Origin: a virus
DNA: 64,000 bases
Direction: 5' to 3' (one strand)
Virus record (IMG/VR): IMGVR_UViG_3300010371_000036
Coordinates: 8,289 to 72,288 of that record
Shown here: positions 7,661-15,643 of the stretch, in pieces
Numbering within the stretch: the stretch's first letter is position 1
Layout of the letters: the number at the start of each line of letters is the position of its first letter
The notes under the pieces: model-generated
What the model was told of the DNA's origin: nothing
The model's database searches: none
The model's input: only the letters and a program-made list of their open reading frames with translations
Program-made: the position numbers and the translations under genes

Positions 7661-8172
7661 CGGGGGCACTCCCGCGCGAGGTGCATCCCGCCCGGCTCGA
7701 GGTTCTTGAACTCCGGCGGGGCGCTCGGGGGCTCGATGCGCGCCAGGAGCAAGTCGAGGTCCTTGTCCTCGTAGTTCGTCGCGAGGAGGTCCCCGTCGTC
7801 GCGGAGCGCCTTGAGCAGCGACGCGAGCTGCACGTCGTCGTAACTCGCGAGGTCGCTCGTCCGGTTGTCGAGCGCCAAGATCTTCCGGGCCTGGCGCTCG
7901 GTGAGCGAGTGGAGCTCGACGGGGATCTTCTTCATCCCGAGCTCCTTCGCCGCCTTCCAGCGGTGGGAGCCGACGAGGATCTGATTCGTCTCCTGCCAGA
8001 CGAACACCCGCCCGTAGAACCCGACCTCCTCGATGCTCCGCTTGATCGCCGGGACGTTCCCGCGCCGGGCGTTCTCCGGGTGGGGGGCGATTGCGTCGAT
8101 CGCGACGACCTTCTTCACCCCCTCGAGGATCTGCGGGATAGGCGCCTTCGTCTTCTTCTCAGCTCTCGCCAT
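7642..8172 (-). CDS. ParB/Srx-like N-terminal domain protein with C-terminal CxxC
   Basis: IAPHPENAR, IKRSIEEVGF, ILVGSHRWKAAKELG, LDNRTSDL; ends ECPRCHFQF. This type commonly accompanies phage DNA-modification genes. Confidence 0.8.
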   Translation of the reverse strand: MARAEKKTKAPIPQILEGVKKVVAIDAIAPHPENARRGNVPAIKRSIEEVGFYGRVFVWQETNQILVGSHRWKAAKELGMKKIPVELHSLTERQARKILALDNRTSDLASYDDVQLASLLKALRDDGDLLATNYEDKDLDLLLARIEPPSAPPEFKNLEPGGMHLARECPRCHFQF

Positions 8173-8211
8173 GTGATTACGCTTCAGTCTGCTGCGCGGA
8201 TACCCCCGTCG

Positions 8212-8784
8212 TCAACGTCCGAGGTAGAGGGCCGTCGCCCCGACCTCGCTCAGGCCGAAGCAGGCGATCGCCACCGCGTCGCACTCGTCGCTGTTGAACC
8301 GCGCCCCCGCGGCCCCGAACGCGAGCTGGACGGCGAGCTTCCGATCCGTCCCCCGGGGGATGACCCCGAGGAGCTGCTTCCGGACCATCGCCTCGGCGAC
8401 CGGGTAGAGCGTGACGCCGTGCCGGCGCCGGAGCTCGAGGCGGATCGCCATCCCGAGCTCCGGGAGCTGGTGGGCGCCCGCCCCTCCGGCGTTGAAGCCG
8501 TAGTTCTCGACGAACCCGGCGACGCGACCGCCGCCCGGCTCGACCCGGAGCTGGTCGAGGAAGTCCCCGACGGCGCCGGCGATCGACTCGATCCGCGCAC
8601 ACCGCGCATCCTCGTACTCGAGGACCGAGAGCGCCTTCCGGTCCGGCGGCTTCGTCGGGTAGGACATCGTCCGGACCGAGGACCAGTCCCCGAGGAGCCA
8701 GTGGGGAGGGAGGAGCGCCGCCGCCGTGCGCGTCAGCGACGCGTCGACGCCGAGCACCCAGGGGAACCTCTCGCGGCGGCTCAC
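8212..8784 (-). CDS. RuvC-like Holliday junction resolvase
   Basis: VLGVDASLT.T, VENY, K..G, DECDAVAIA acidic catalytic pattern. Confidence 0.7.
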   Translation of the reverse strand: MSRRERFPWVLGVDASLTRTAAALLPPHWLLGDWSSVRTMSYPTKPPDRKALSVLEYEDARCARIESIAGAVGDFLDQLRVEPGGGRVAGFVENYGFNAGGAGAHQLPELGMAIRLELRRRHGVTLYPVAEAMVRKQLLGVIPRGTDRKLAVQLAFGAAGARFNSDECDAVAIACFGLSEVGATALYLGR

Positions 8785-9209
8785 GGCTCGTACTTCGGGA
8801 GCTTCGGCGCGCCCGGGTCATAGGGCCCGCCCTTCGTCTCGAAGAAGAGCGTCGGCGCCTCGTCGTTCCGCGCGTAGCGGATGTAGGAGAGGAGCTCCCT
8901 CATCAGGTCGGAGCCGAGGACGGCCTGGAGCGCGATCCGCTCGATGGGGGAGACCGCCCGCTCGAGCGTCACGACGACGTGCTGCCGGCCCGGCTTCCCG
9001 CTCGGTGAGGGCCTCACCACGTAGGTGAGCGGGACGTGCTCCCGGAGCTTCGCGACGCGCTCGAGGAAGAACTCCCACGCCTCCGCGGAATCGATGTCGA
9101 GAAAGAGCTCGCGGGCGCGGGGCTTCACGACGACGCGGCCCTTCTTCTCGGCGTCGCTCTCCGCCTTCTCGAGGCGGTCGTAGCCACTCGTCGCTAGGTC
9201 GCTCGCCAT
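8781..9209 (-). CDS. hypothetical protein
   Basis: Clean coupled ORF (LFLDID...HVVV motif). Confidence 0.65.
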   Translation of the reverse strand: MASDLATSGYDRLEKAESDAEKKGRVVVKPRARELFLDIDSAEAWEFFLERVAKLREHVPLTYVVRPSPSGKPGRQHVVVTLERAVSPIERIALQAVLGSDLMRELLSYIRYARNDEAPTLFFETKGGPYDPGAPKLPKYEP

Positions 9210-9218
9210 GGCGCCCGC

Positions 9219-9446
9219 CTACGCCGCGCCCGGGGCGGTCTCGGCCCGGAGCTGGAAGCGCCAGCCCTCGGCCGTCAGCGTGTCCTCGAGCGCCTTCCGG
9301 AGGCGGAGGGCCTCGCGGATCGTCGCCGGCTGCGTCAGCGGCGCCCAGTAGAACTTCCCCGCCTCGTCGGCGTCGGCGCTCTCCCTCACGAGTTCGACGT
9401 CGACGACCCAGCGCTTCTTCGGCGGCTCCTGCTTCCTCTTCGACAT
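9219..9446 (-). CDS. hypothetical protein
   Basis: CGCGGCA motif 11 nt upstream of ATG. Confidence 0.6.
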   Translation of the reverse strand: MSKRKQEPPKKRWVVDVELVRESADADEAGKFYWAPLTQPATIREALRLRKALEDTLTAEGWRFQLRAETAPGAA

Positions 9447-9464
9447 GTTCGACCGGATGCCGCG

Positions 9465-9647
9465 CTACGCGGGCGACCCGCCGTCGTCTTCCCAGCGCTG
9501 CTTCTCCAGATCCCGGAGCGCGATCTCCTCGAGGAACCCGCGGATCGTCCACGCGGTGCGCGGGAGGCGGTCCGCCGCCATCTCCAGCGTCTCCCCCTCC
9601 TCGCCCCGCATCACGACGCCGGCGACCTTCGCCCATCGATTCTTCAC
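9465..9647 (-). CDS. hypothetical protein (VKNRWAK...)
   Basis: GTGA overlap with the sbcC-like stop. Confidence 0.45.
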   Translation of the reverse strand: MKNRWAKVAGVVMRGEEGETLEMAADRLPRTAWTIRGFLEEIALRDLEKQRWEDDGGSPA

Positions 9648-11620
9648 GCGATGACCCTCACCGTCGAGCACCCGTCCTCCGAGACGATCTCGATCCTCCC
9701 GGGGAGGACCTCGAGCGTCTCCCGGTGGTGCGAGACGACGAGCGCCTGGGCGAACCCCGCCATCCGGAGGACCGCCGGCAGGTGCGACGCGAAGGCGACC
9801 CGGTTCGACGCATCCATCTTCGCGGTCGCCTCGTCGATCGTCGTCGTCGCCCAGGCGCTCGCGCGGTCCTCGCGGAGCCAGCGGCTCGCCCCGAGCGAGA
9901 CCGCGACCCCGCCGAAGTCGTCCGCCGCCCCGCTCCGCCGGCTCGGCGTGATGTCGAGCTTCTCGGCGAACTTCTGCCCGCGCTCCGCCCCGCACCGCGC
10001 GCAGGCGCGGACCTTCCTCGAGGACGGGAACGCGGCGCCGCAGCCCCCGCAGGCGTCGGCGAGCCCACTCCCCTCCCGGGCCCAGGTGATCCGGACGCGG
10101 AGCGGGAGATGCTCGAGCTCGAACTCGTCGAGCATCTCGTTCGCGTACCCCTCGATCGTCCGGAGGATCCCCTCGGCGATCTCCCGGCGCGCCCGCTCGA
10201 AGACGACCGCCGCCGCCGCCGGGACGACGAGCGCCTCCTCGAGCCGGGCGATCTCCGCCCGCGCCGCCTCCGCGTTCCGGAGCGCGTCGGCCGCCAGCCG
10301 CCGCCTCGCGTTCGCGTCGGCGAGCCGTCGCGCCGCGTTCGCGTGCTCCGTCTGCGCCAGGGAGAGCTCAAGGTCCGCGTTCGCCGGCGCCGCCGCGGAG
10401 AGCTCCTCCCAGCGATCGCGCCGCGGCTTCAGCTCCTTCGCCGCCGCCCGGAGCTCGGAGAGGCGCCGCCGGTCCGCCGCCGGCGCCTGGAGCTCGGCGT
10501 CGATCTGCCGGACCCGGAAGGTCGCCGCCGCGAGGGCGTCCGCGGCCCGTCGCAGGCGCCCCCGCGCGTTTTCCCCCCTGGCCCGGTTCCGGACCACCGA
10601 CTCGGTCACGAAGCCCGCCGCGGGGCAGCCAGCGCCCGCCACGGGGCAGACGCCGTCGAAGCTCGCCCCCTCGACCCGAGCGACGGCCCCGGCGTCTGCC
10701 CGCGCGAGCGCCTCCTCCTCCGCGAGTGCGGGACGCTTAGCGACGAGCGCATCCCGCTCCTCGAGAAGCACCTTCTCCTTCGCTTCACCGTCCTTCAGGC
10801 GCGCGGCGAGCGCCTTCCCGCTCTCGACGACGGCGTCATAGCGCGCCGCGTCCCGCGCGAGCCCCTGGTGCTCTGCCACCTGCCCCGCCCGGGCGCGGGC
10901 CGCCTCGACCTTCTTCTGCGCCGCCTCCGCCTCCCGGGCGTAAGTCGCGATCACCGCGTCAAGCCCGGAAAGGAGCTCGGCGAAGTCCCCGGGGCCTAGG
11001 AGCTGCCGCGCCGCGTGCTCCGCGCCGGCGAGGTTCCCCCGCCAGCTCCCCTTCGCCCGCTCGATCTCCCCGCAGGCCGAGACCGACGCCGCCTGCGCCT
11101 CCTCGAGCGCCTCGAGGCCGAACCAGGCCGCGAACTTCTCGAGCCGCGGCGCCGGGTCCATCGTCAGGAGGTCGCTCATCTCGTCCTGCCGGAACGACCA
11201 CGTCGCGGCGTCGTCGCGCGAGAGGCCGAGCAGCGCGTCGATCTTCTCCTGCGCCGCCCCCTGCGTCGCCCCGCGCTCCGGGTCGCCGGCGGGGAAGAAG
11301 AAGAGCTTCTCGGAGTCGGCGGCGGAGAGCCGGCGCTCGACCCGGTCGCCGGTCGAGAAGACGACCTCGACGTAGCCGCCCGACTCGCCGTGGGAGATCC
11401 AGTCCTTCTTCAGGCGGCAGTCGCGGGGGAGGCGGCCCGTCAGCGCGTAGTCGATCGCCTCGCAGAGCGCGCTCTTACCGAGCGCGTTGCTCCGCTTCTC
11501 GTTGCGCGCGTGCCGCGCATAGATCCCGTAGAGCTTCGGCTCGAGGTCGAGCGTCTGGACGCCCCGGAGGCACTTGAAGTTCGAGATCCTCAGCCGCGCG
11601 ATCGTCAGCTCCGTCGACAT
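9644..11620 (-). CDS. SbcC/Rad50-like ABC ATPase
   Basis: LRISNFKCL, Walker A-like NALGKS, Q-loop FRQ, coiled coil, Cys pairs, Walker B TIDE, VVSH. Confidence 0.85.
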   Translation of the reverse strand: MSTELTIARLRISNFKCLRGVQTLDLEPKLYGIYARHARNEKRSNALGKSALCEAIDYALTGRLPRDCRLKKDWISHGESGGYVEVVFSTGDRVERRLSAADSEKLFFFPAGDPERGATQGAAQEKIDALLGLSRDDAATWSFRQDEMSDLLTMDPAPRLEKFAAWFGLEALEEAQAASVSACGEIERAKGSWRGNLAGAEHAARQLLGPGDFAELLSGLDAVIATYAREAEAAQKKVEAARARAGQVAEHQGLARDAARYDAVVESGKALAARLKDGEAKEKVLLEERDALVAKRPALAEEEALARADAGAVARVEGASFDGVCPVAGAGCPAAGFVTESVVRNRARGENARGRLRRAADALAAATFRVRQIDAELQAPAADRRRLSELRAAAKELKPRRDRWEELSAAAPANADLELSLAQTEHANAARRLADANARRRLAADALRNAEAARAEIARLEEALVVPAAAAVVFERARREIAEGILRTIEGYANEMLDEFELEHLPLRVRITWAREGSGLADACGGCGAAFPSSRKVRACARCGAERGQKFAEKLDITPSRRSGAADDFGGVAVSLGASRWLREDRASAWATTTIDEATAKMDASNRVAFASHLPAVLRMAGFAQALVVSHHRETLEVLPGRIEIVSEDGCSTVRVIA

Positions 11621-11717
11621 CTGCCCCTCACCACCGTGTAAGCCAGCGCCGCCGCCCCGAGCAGGACGAGCGCGCCGGCGACGAACGGAAGCGCCGCGGC
11701 CTCCGCGAGGAGGACCC

Positions 11718-12200
11718 TCACGAGACGCCTACCCTCTCCATCACCAGCTCGACGAACGCGACGAGCTTCTCCCGGTCCGGGACGTTCGCGGCGCGCGCCA
11801 GGGCGACGACGACGTCGCGGTGCCGCGCGTGCGGCCTCTTCTCCCGCAGCGGGAGGGCGACGAGCGCCTTCCTCCCCCGGTCGACCCGGACCGCGAGCGC
11901 GCCCGTCCCGGCGGCGACCTCCGCGACCCGGCGGACCTCCTCCTCCGGTACGCCCTCGGGCGGGGCGACCCAGACGATCGCGCCGTCGACGTCGAAGGGC
12001 GTCCGATCCCAGGCGTGGTGGCCGGGGCCGATCGTGACGAGCGGGACGGCCCCGACGACGGGCCGGGACTCGAGACGGAACCCGGGTTCCGTCCGCGGGG
12101 CGGGGAGGTCGCCGTCGAGGAGGTCGCTCTCGATCGGGGGGCCGAGCGTCTCGGAGAGGACCTCGATCCGGGGCGCCGGCTTCTTCGGCTTACGGGCCAT
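11718..12200 (-). CDS. hypothetical protein (possible SbcD C-terminal-like)
   Basis: MARKPKK... lies between sbcD- and sbcC-like genes and contains the palindrome read as RTEPGFR. Confidence 0.55.
   Translation of the reverse strand: MARKPKKPAPRIEVLSETLGPPIESDLLDGDLPAPRTEPGFRLESRPVVGAVPLVTIGPGHHAWDRTPFDVDGAIVWVAPPEGVPEEEVRRVAEVAAGTGALAVRVDRGRKALVALPLREKRPHARHRDVVVALARAANVPDREKLVAFVELVMERVGVS
12073..12094. repeat. 22-bp palindrome copy 2 (1 mismatch, intragenic)
   Basis: AGACGGAACCCGGGTTCCGTCC. Confidence 0.9.
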
Positions 12201-12426
12201 CGAGGAGCTCCACCAGGCGGTCGCGGTACTTCTTCGCCTCCGCATCCTGGCTCACGGCGAGCTTCTCCAGGGTCTCGACGGTGATCGCCGCGACCCGGCT
12301 CCCCGGGAAGGAGAGCCGGAGGAGCCCCGCGATCATCCGGTACGTGTCCCGGCTCCCCTCGCGTAAGCCGAGATCGTAGGAGATCGCCCCGAGCGCCTTC
12401 TCCCGCTCCGTCATCTCGGCCGGCAT
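12190..12426 (-). CDS. hypothetical protein (MPAEMTERE...)
   Basis: TGATG overlap with the UDG-like stop. Confidence 0.55.
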   Translation of the reverse strand: MPAEMTEREKALGAISYDLGLREGSRDTYRMIAGLLRLSFPGSRVAAITVETLEKLAVSQDAEAKKYRDRLVELLDGP

Positions 12427-12845
12427 CAGAGGACCCCCGCTCTCTGGAGCGTCGAGCGCGCGAGCTCGTAGGCCCCGGGCACGTTCCACGACCGCGAGAG
12501 ACCGCTCGGGTGGGGGAGGAAGACGAAGGTCCGGGGCCCGGAGTCGTCGACCACGTTCTCCGCGAACGTGAACCCGAACGCGCTCTGGACCTTCGCGCCG
12601 AGGAGGACGAAGGCGCCGACCTTGCGCTCGGCGAGGAGCTCGAGGGCCCGGGCACGCGCCTCCCGGATCCGCCACGGGCCGGCGCAGAGGTTCGCCCGGT
12701 CGAAGCGGGAGATGTAATCCCGGATCCCCAGACCCATCACGAGCCGGCAGAGGCGACCGCCGGCGGAGTTCTCCGGAGCCGGGTAGAGCGCGTAGCGCGG
12801 ATCGCTCCCGTACGGGTTCGACTCGCCGACGAGGAGGGGCTTCAT
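12426..12845 (-). CDS. uracil-DNA-glycosylase-superfamily protein
   Basis: LLVGESNP (motif A-like), VLLG, LPHPSG (motif B). Confidence 0.65.
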   Translation of the reverse strand: MKPLLVGESNPYGSDPRYALYPAPENSAGGRLCRLVMGLGIRDYISRFDRANLCAGPWRIREARARALELLAERKVGAFVLLGAKVQSAFGFTFAENVVDDSGPRTFVFLPHPSGLSRSWNVPGAYELARSTLQRAGVL

Positions 12846-12848
12846 CGA

Positions 12849-13583
12849 TCAGATCTCCGCGATGAGGAACCGGGGCTCGTTCTTCGCCTCGCCGCGCGTC
12901 AGGCGGGCGAGGGCGCCGGGGACGACGACACCCCCGGGTGTCATCTGCGGCGTATGGAAGTGGCCGCAAAACTTCGCCCACCCCGGCGGAACGACGTCGA
13001 GCGGGAACGGGACGGCGCGGCCGCGGGGCATCTCGAGCGTCTCCTCGCCCTCCAGCGCCCCGGGGATGTACGTCGCGTGCGCGAGGACGACGCCGGTCCG
13101 CCGAATATTCATCGGCTGGTCTCCCCACTTCGCGACCTCCCTCAAGAGGCACTCCCGCATGTCGTAGCCCCCGGAGACCGGCGGGTACGGTAGGGCGAGG
13201 ACCTGGACGTCGTCGAAGAGGAAGCTCCCCCCAGACTCGAAGAGCGTGACGAGGTTCCACGGGTCGCGTGCGAGAGCGCGGAGGGGCGAGAGTGTCGTCC
13301 GCCCCCGCCCGTTCTGGTCGACGTCGTGATTCCCCGCGAGGAGGACGCTCCGCTTCCTCTCACGCGTGACCCGGAGCACGAGCTCGAGGAGGAGCTCGAC
13401 GCCACGGGCGACCTCCGGGCCGTCTTCCGGGTCGCAGAGGTCACCGAGGAACGCCCAGACGTCGGCACGCGAGTCGAGGAGCGCGTCGACCGTCTGGTGA
13501 GCGGCGCGGGAGATCTCGTCGAACCGGTCGACGCCGAGCGTCCGGCGGTCCGTGTGCAGGTCCGAGCAGAGGACGAGCTTCAC
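12849..13583 (-). CDS. SbcD/Mre11-like metallophosphoesterase nuclease
   Basis: SDLH, GDLCD, GNHD, AH, GHFH.Q, PG motifs. Confidence 0.85.
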   Translation of the reverse strand: MKLVLCSDLHTDRRTLGVDRFDEISRAAHQTVDALLDSRADVWAFLGDLCDPEDGPEVARGVELLLELVLRVTRERKRSVLLAGNHDVDQNGRGRTTLSPLRALARDPWNLVTLFESGGSFLFDDVQVLALPYPPVSGGYDMRECLLREVAKWGDQPMNIRRTGVVLAHATYIPGALEGEETLEMPRGRAVPFPLDVVPPGWAKFCGHFHTPQMTPGGVVVPGALARLTRGEAKNEPRFLIAEI

Positions 13584-13783
13584 GACTCCTCCTCGACGAA
13601 CTGGCAGCTCCCGCAGGTGTTCCCGTTCCAGTCGCGGATCTTCATCGCCGGGAACGGGCCAGCGTCGATCTCCGCGTTCGTGAGCCGCGCGACGGCGAGC
13701 GCGACCTCCCGGAGCGCGGACGCGACGTGGCGCGGCTCGGTCATCCCGTCGTTCCCCAGCTCGATCGTCAGGACGAACTTCAC
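13580..13783 (-). CDS. hypothetical protein (VKFVLTIELGND...IRDWNGNTCG)
   Basis: Coupled small ORF. Confidence 0.6.
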   Translation of the reverse strand: MKFVLTIELGNDGMTEPRHVASALREVALAVARLTNAEIDAGPFPAMKIRDWNGNTCGSCQFVEEES

Positions 13784-14121
13784 GGCTTCACCTCGCGCTC
13801 GACGCCCGAGTGAAGCGGGCAACCCTTATCCCGGCATCCTCCGGACCCGGGGAGGACCTTCTGAGCCTCCCGGCTCGCCTCCGCGGCGCTCTCGTCGGAG
13901 ACATTCGAGAGCTCGTGGTACCCGGCGACCGAGTAGCCGATCATCTGGTAGAAGTCCTCCCAGTCCGCCTGGGAGAACGCATCCGGCGGGACGAGCCCGT
14001 CGATCCCCGCGAGCTGATTCAGACCGAACCCCCGCTTCTGGGCCTCGTCGAAGAGGCGACTCACGATCACGTTCTTCTCGAACCGGATCGTCCCCCGCGG
14101 GTCGACGACTATCTTCCGCAT
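13780..14121 (-). CDS. hypothetical phage protein
   Basis: Clean ORF; CGCGGCA 11 nt upstream. Confidence 0.65.
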   Translation of the reverse strand: MRKIVVDPRGTIRFEKNVIVSRLFDEAQKRGFGLNQLAGIDGLVPPDAFSQADWEDFYQMIGYSVAGYHELSNVSDESAAEASREAQKVLPGSGGCRDKGCPLHSGVEREVKP

Positions 14122-14145
14122 GGCGGGGGAGATGCCGCGCCGGCT

Positions 14146-14418
14146 CTAGCGGCTCTTCCCGCCGTCGATGACGAAGAGCCCCCCGCCCTTCCTCGACGGC
14201 TTCTTCCCGCCGGCGGGCGGGCCGAGGAGCGGGCGCCGGCGGTCGTAGGCGACGACCTCCCCGCGGTGCCCCTTCGTCCCGCAGCACAGGCCGTCGCGCC
14301 CCTCGAACCGCGCCGAGTCTACGGCCGCCTTCTCGCTCGCGAGAACCTTGAACGCGCCGCAGTCGAAGAGGACGAGGTAGAGGCTCGGCCACGGCCGGAG
14401 CCTCTTCATCGTGGCCAT
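14146..14418 (-). CDS. hypothetical protein (MATMKRL...)
   Basis: TGATG overlap with the recA-like stop. Confidence 0.5.
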   Translation of the reverse strand: MATMKRLRPWPSLYLVLFDCGAFKVLASEKAAVDSARFEGRDGLCCGTKGHRGEVVAYDRRRPLLGPPAGGKKPSRKGGGLFVIDGGKSR

Positions 14419-15599
14419 CACGTCCCTCCAACGACATCGGCGCGGACCTCGTGGCCGAACTTCTTCCGGCACGCCGCCTCGATCGCGTCGAGGACCTCCG
14501 GCTTCGCCTTCTCGAGGAACTTGTTCTTGCCCTGCCAGCGGTGCCCGCCGAAGGAGAGCCAGGAGCCGCGGAGAGCGATCACCTCGAGCTGGAGGCCGAG
14601 CATCATCAGGTCCCGCGCCCGGTCGAAGCCGGGGGGCGTCAGCCGGCCGTTCGAGGTCGAAAACCACGACGTCTCGACCTCGCGCTCCCGGGCGCTCACC
14701 TTCGTCTTGTGGATCTCGACGACGTGGAGCTCCCCGACGACGGGGCTCTTGTAGCCCTCGGTCCCCTCGCTCTCATGGATCATCTTCGCGTGCGCGATCC
14801 GGATATCGAGGCTCGCGTCGTAGTAGAGCGACGCGCCGCCGGTCGTCACCCAGTCGCGGCCGTACTTCCGGTCGTCGGCGGTCGCGTTCTTGTCCTTCGC
14901 CTCCCGGGCGATGAACGCGATCGCGCAGCCCGTACGGCTCATCAGGGGGACGAGTCGGTCGAGCCACGCCTTGTTCATCGCCGCGCGGATCATCCCCGCG
15001 GCGCCGGAGAAGCCGTCGATCGACCCCTTCTCGTGCTCCGCGGCGTGCTTCTTCATCCGCTCGAGGATGTTCTGCGGCGTCAGCTTCCCGATCGAGTCGA
15101 CGCCGAAGAGGCACGTCGTCTCCGGCGGGATGTCCCCCTTCTTCCGCGCCTCGGCGACGCCCTCGGCAATCCGCTCGACGTCGTCGACCGCCTGCTCGTA
15201 GCTCTCCGGCCGCGAGGCGATGAGACGCGGGTCGTCGACGTACGACCCGAGGAGCTCCTCGAGCCATGGCGCCGGCGTCGTGTGCTCCGCGTCGATCGGC
15301 GCGTAGATGTGCCCCCGGCGGAGGAAGGAGAGCCCGAGCCCGTGGAGGAACGTCGTCTTGCCGAACCCGCTCTCGCCGTGGATCATGGCGATGCGGTCGA
15401 TCGGCCAGCCGCCGACGCGGAGCTTCCAGTCGACGTGGGGGAAGATCGTCGGCACCGCCCGGACGCGGCGGAGGACCTCGCGCGCCGGGCGGAAGCTCTT
15501 ACTCTTCGCCGCGATCTCCGCGAACGCCTTCGCGTTCGGCCGGCTCACGCTCTCCGGCGCGAACTCCGCCGCCGTCTCCTCCTTCGACCGCCTTGCCAT
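14418..15599 (-). CDS. RecA-like recombinase
   Basis: LRVGGWPIDRI..IHGESGFGKTT, IDAEH, VDSI, TTGGASLYYDASLDIRI, KTKVS. Confidence 0.9.
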   Translation of the reverse strand: MARRSKEETAAEFAPESVSRPNAKAFAEIAAKSKSFRPAREVLRRVRAVPTIFPHVDWKLRVGGWPIDRIAMIHGESGFGKTTFLHGLGLSFLRRGHIYAPIDAEHTTPAPWLEELLGSYVDDPRLIASRPESYEQAVDDVERIAEGVAEARKKGDIPPETTCLFGVDSIGKLTPQNILERMKKHAAEHEKGSIDGFSGAAGMIRAAMNKAWLDRLVPLMSRTGCAIAFIAREAKDKNATADDRKYGRDWVTTGGASLYYDASLDIRIAHAKMIHESEGTEGYKSPVVGELHVVEIHKTKVSAREREVETSWFSTSNGRLTPPGFDRARDLMMLGLQLEVIALRGSWLSFGGHRWQGKNKFLEKAKPEVLDAIEAACRKKFGHEVRADVVGGT

Positions 15600-15643
15600 G
15601 CGAACCTTCCTCGGTTACGAATTCGCTATTCGATATCCCTACT

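Noticed and set aside
7642-8172. ParB-like gene as a plasmid-prophage partition system
   Set aside because: No ParA nearby and no HTH/dimerisation domain recognisable; this short form is typical of DNA-modification loci.
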